From: Eledone cirrhosa
Lineage: Eukaryota
NCBI GenBank assembly: GCA_964016885.1
Contig: OZ024741.1
Location: 382,788,001 to 382,852,000 of the forward strand
Length of the DNA: 64,000 nucleotides
Direction: 5' to 3'
Below are positions 59,468 to 64,000 of this stretch, piece by piece (the stretch's first letter is position 1; each line of letters opens with the position of its first letter). The notes under the pieces are model-generated. The model was given only the letters and a program-made list of their open reading frames with translations, made no database searches and was not told where the DNA came from. A program made the position numbers and the translations under genes.

Positions 59468-62400
59468 TTAGAAAGTGAGGTTTTTTTACAAATTGAAAAA
59501 TAACCGAGGTGTCCTACACGAGTGAAAGTATAAAGAAAAAAGATGAAATCGAAAATGCAACTGGAGGAGTCTTATTTTAAAAATATATATATATATTTAT
59601 TTGGTTCCTTTACCGTTTTCGCAGTTCTTCTGCTTTTCAAAAGTAGAGTTGAGATGGAGGGTCTGTGGTTTTTCTCACATCTGAATGTTACTTGTTTTAT
59701 ATGGAAAAAGTAGCTCGAAATGCCAGGTTTTTCGAGAAGTAATTTGATTGGTTGGTCAATAATTATAATAAATTTCGCGCCAGTTCGCGTTACAAAGTTC
59801 TTCAAACAAGAGGGGGGTGTCACAGGTTGTTTTTTCATATATGAGTGTTTGAATTACTTTTTACTTAAAAAAAGGGGGGCTCACGAAGGCTTTTTTTTAA
59901 TAAACGTAATTTGTTATAAATGAAATTATGGCTGTCATGTGAACAAGTTTTCATTAAATTTTCGCGCCTTTATTTGGAAATCCAATCTATAGCATTTTTA
60001 GAGAATTTTATGACAAGTAAAAAATAATGGTCAAGAGAGATTGGATGGGAGAATAGTTCTGGTTCAGTGAATATGGTTAGTTCGCTGGGGTGTCAGAATT
60101 CAGATTTTCTATTGAAGTAAAGAAATTAAAGATGTGTATGTTTATTTGTGTGCTTGTGTGTTTGTGTGTGTGTGTGTGTGTTTGAATTTCTCTTTACTTA
60201 AAAAAAAGGGAGCTCACGAAGGCTTTTTTTTAATAAACGTAATTTGATTGGTTATAAATGAAATTATGGCTGTCACGTGAACAAGTTTTCATCAAATTTT
60301 CGCGCCCTTATTTGGAAATCTATTCTGTAGCCTTTTTAGAGAATTTTTTGACAAGCAAAAGATAATGGTCAAGAGAAATGGGATGGGTGAATTGTTCTGG
60401 TTCAGTGAATATGGTTAGTTCGCTGGGGTGTCAGAATTCATATTTTCTATTGAATAAAGAAAGTAAAGATGTGTATGTTTATTTGTGTGCTTGTGTGTGT
60501 GTGTATTTATTGGAAGATGATTCTATTAGTAGAAATAGGGGAGGGAGTTGTGTGTGTGTATATATGGGTGTTATGTGTTTGTGTGTGGGAGTATGTTAAT
60601 ATGGAGAGAATATATATTTTGTGTGTGTGTATATATATGTGTGTAGGAAAGTGATTCTATTAGTAGAAATGGGGTAGGGAGTTGTGCGTGAGGGGGTGGG
60701 GGTTGTTATGTGTGGGTATGGGTGTAATGTATGTGGCAGTATGGTTAGCATGTTACGATGAAGAGAATGTATATATATTGTTTGTGTGTGTATGTGTGTG
60801 TGTAGGAAAATTATTCCTGTAGTAGGAATATTTTTGAATGAACATATTTTCCTTACTTATTCGTATTTGTTCTGTTGTATTGTCAGTGCAAACCTATGTT
60901 AAGGTTTATTTAGTTCGGGTTTTTATTTTCTAAAGTAGAAGGTGTTATGTGTGTGTGTCTGTGTCTGTTTGGATGTTAAGCATGGTATGGTGTTGACATA
61001 ATGTATATTAAACCATATTTAATGCTGGCCTATATTTTTGAATAAACATATGTTCCTTATTTATTCGTATTTGTTCTGTTGTATTGTCAGCGCAAAGGTA
61101 AAATGGGAAGACTTGGAATTTGGGTGTCTTATTACTTGCGCATATATCTAGATGTGTGCTTAGTGGTATCTGTCTCGTGGTTGGATCTCGTAATTGTTGG
61201 CGATAAACTGTCATTCTGTTTCTGAGTGTGAGTTTAGTTTGTCCTATATAATCTTCATTGCATCCTTTACATTTAATGGCATAAAGTAAATTTTTTGATG
61301 AGCAAGTTAAATGATTTTTTACAGTAAAATTTTGTCCTGATTTAAATGTACACGTCTTGCCTTCAATGAGGTCAGTGCAGGTTCCACAATTAGAGCGACC
61401 ATATTTTTTGACACATGGTTGTGGGTTTGTCGTAGTTAATTTGGCATTGGTTGGTAATGTTTTCAGTGATTTCGGTTGTCTTTTGCTTTTGATTATTTTG
61501 TGTGTTTCAAGGGCTTTTTTCATTGTTGGGTTTTGTTTTAGTAGTGGGATGTTCTTGTGAATAGTGTTGTCAGCTTCCGCATTTCTTGGGTTGTGTGTTG
61601 AGATATATGATAGAATATTAGATGTACCTTGAATTTGTTTCTGTTTTCGTAATTCATCAATGCCTATTGCTTTAGCCCTTTCTATTCCATTATTTATTAG
61701 TAATAGTGGATACTCTCTTTCGAGTAGAATTTCCTTTAATTCTTGAAGTCTTTTATTTCGCGTTACATAATTGGAGACAATTGTGCAAATTCTTCTTGCT
61801 AGATTAAAAGGAATGTTCGTCTTCGTGTGCTTTGGATGGTTGGAGGTGAATAGCAGGTATTGTTTGGAATCTGTTGGTTTGTAGTGTATGTCAGTTTCAA
61901 TATTTGTGTCTTTTTTTAAGAAACGGGAGTTGATCTTGGCTGTATTCCATTGTGAATTGGATGTGGTTATTGATGCTGTTTATTAAGTTTTTGAAATCCT
62001 TAAGTTGGTCGAGTGTGTGGGACCAAAGAATGAGACAATCATCCAAGTAGAGTTTCCAATTCTCTGATAAATATTTGTGGAAGTTCAATCCGTATTTTGA
62101 TTTGGACTGTTCATATATCTGGACTTTAAGTATGCCATGACTAAGTTGGCATAAGTTGGAGCGGCTTTTGTACCCATCGCAGTCCCCGATATTTGCTTGT
62201 AAGTACTGACATTGAAATCAAAAAAGTTATTCTGTAAGATAAATTTGAATCCCTCGGTGATGAAGCTTTTTTCTATTCTGTCAGATATCTTATTGGGATA
62301 TTTTTCTAGCCAGAATCCTATTGCTTCTAGTCCGTATTGGTGTGGGATCGTTGTGTAGAAATTCACTACATCGAAAGACACAATAATAGTGTCGTTGTTG

Positions 62401-64000
62401 ACATGTTTGGGAAGGTGGTTTAAGAGGTCCAGATCGTCTCTTAGAAGGCTTGGTATGTGTTTGAGAATTGGTTTTAGTAGTATGTCTATAAAGTTGCTCA
62501 GTCTGTGTGTTTCACATTGTGGGCCCGCTACAATTGGTCTTAATTTAAGGTCTGTGGGGTATTGTGTGTTCACCCAGGCTGAGGTGGATTGTTTACAGGC
62601 ATCGTTAATTATTTTACACTTGTGGATCTTCGGAAGTCCGTAAAGGTTGCTGGTTTTGTATTCAAAATGTGTTAAATAATCGCGTTCCTTTTTAGTCAGG
62701 TCTTCCTGGTATCGATAGATCAGTGTGTTTAATCTGGTCATTGTTTTTGATTGTGGTATTTTTTACTCTTTCATAGTAATTAGTATTTTGTAAGAGAGAG
62801 AACATAGAATTTTTATATTTTTCAGCCTCCATAATGACAACAATACTTCCCTTGTCCGCTTCCTTAATTATAATGTCCGTATTGTTTTTTAGTTCATGGA
62901 TAATCTCCCATTCCCTTCGACTCGTGTTGGGTTTGGGTTTAGGTTGCGGTAGTTCAGGTTATGGGAAAGTAGCTATGTGGTCACAACATTTGTCCAGAAC
63001 TCTGTTTCTACCTTTTGTTAGGGTTGTAGCTGCTTTTATTCCGTACAATTGATTCATCGTTATTCTCCTTGTAAAAGAATTCCTCTGTGAGACGTAATTT
63101 TCTACAGAAGTGAGCTATCGTCATATATCTCATTGGGGTTAGAGTATGGTGGTGTTGGTGTGAATTTCAGTCCTTTGGAGAGAATTTTTACTTGTTGGGC
63201 TGAGAGGTTTGTATTTGAAAGGTTGATTATTTTCGGTTTTTCAAAATCGGTTTGTGCCACCGGGTGTCGTGGGTCCTGTAGCCTTGGTCTAAAAAAAAAT
63301 TTTTCTGGAATGTTTTTTCAATGGTATTATTATATCTAATCGTATTTCCCCTGTTGTTGTGTGGTCTTTTATTAAGTTTCAGACGGGTTGTAGAAGTTTC
63401 AGACGGGTTGTAGATTTTGTTCCTTTGTGTGGGTTGGGATCTTTGGTTTTGGAACAGGCTCTATGTGGGCATGGGTCTACGGTTTTGGAATAGGTTTTGT
63501 GTGGGTTGTGATCTGCGGATCGGGTCCTGCCTTGTGTTCAGGGATCTTCGGGTTTTGTTAGTAGGGTTATAGTTTTGTCTATGGTTTACGGGATTATCAT
63601 TATAGTTTTGCTGGGGGTATGTTGGACGTTTTGTTACTTTTTTAGTTGTTGAGCCAGGAGGCGTTTATTCCCCATCGCTGGAGGGATGTTAGTTCTTCAA
63701 ACTCACAGTTTTCTTTCCAAAGTTTTAAGGTTTTTTCGTAGAGTAGGCCTTCAGAGTGCTTTGAGATTAATGTGTCCATCTGTTGGTCGAATGACTTGAA
63801 TTTTTCTTCGTTGGAGTTGGCTCTTAATCGCAACAGTTCTATTTCTATTTAAATTTTTCTAACGCCATCTTTTCCCTGAGTCTTTATTGGTTTTCTGGTT
63901 CATTTGGGATGGGTTTTATTTTAAGTTTTTTTGGGAGGATGATTGGGGTAGAGTTTAGCCACTTTTCATATATGTCTGCCTTGCCATTATTTTTATGGAG
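59468..64000 (-). mobile_element. Neptune-like PLE (frameshifted; runs off the window) with a tandem ~333-bp repeat in its 3' region
   Basis: LYGLPKIHK, LRPIVAGP, SFDVVNFYTTIP, GTAMGT..APTYANL, YLDD, CGTC..TCSSKNLLYAIKCKGCNEDYIGQT. Confidence 0.9.

Overview
AT-rich, repeat-saturated eukaryotic (animal) DNA. No host protein-coding gene can be firmly identified. About a dozen copies of a tRNA-headed SINE resemble, from memory, octopod cephalopod SINEs, so the source is probably an octopus relative (inference). The window is dominated by Penelope-like retroelements (PLEs; RT plus C-terminal GIY-YIG) of at least four protein types. One has a 645-aa uninterrupted ORF at 44097-46034. There are also fragments of CRE, CR1, Tx1/L1 and RTE LINEs and a mariner MITE. 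Most insertions sit in (TA)n tracts. The main observation came from folding the non-coding repeats by hand. More than 10 sequence-unrelated repeat families each carry a type I hammerhead ribozyme (HHR) motif, about 20 intact or degenerate copies in 64 kb. They include ORF-less 313-541 bp tandem monomers (retrozyme-like), HHRs with 30-75 nt insertions in stem II, a U3-A8 covariant core and a recurrent U4A core. Many TA-flanked palindromes turn out to be HHR elements folded back at the ribozyme stem II loop or cleavage site. All RNA folds were done by eye and none has been tested. Coordinates of degraded elements are approximate.
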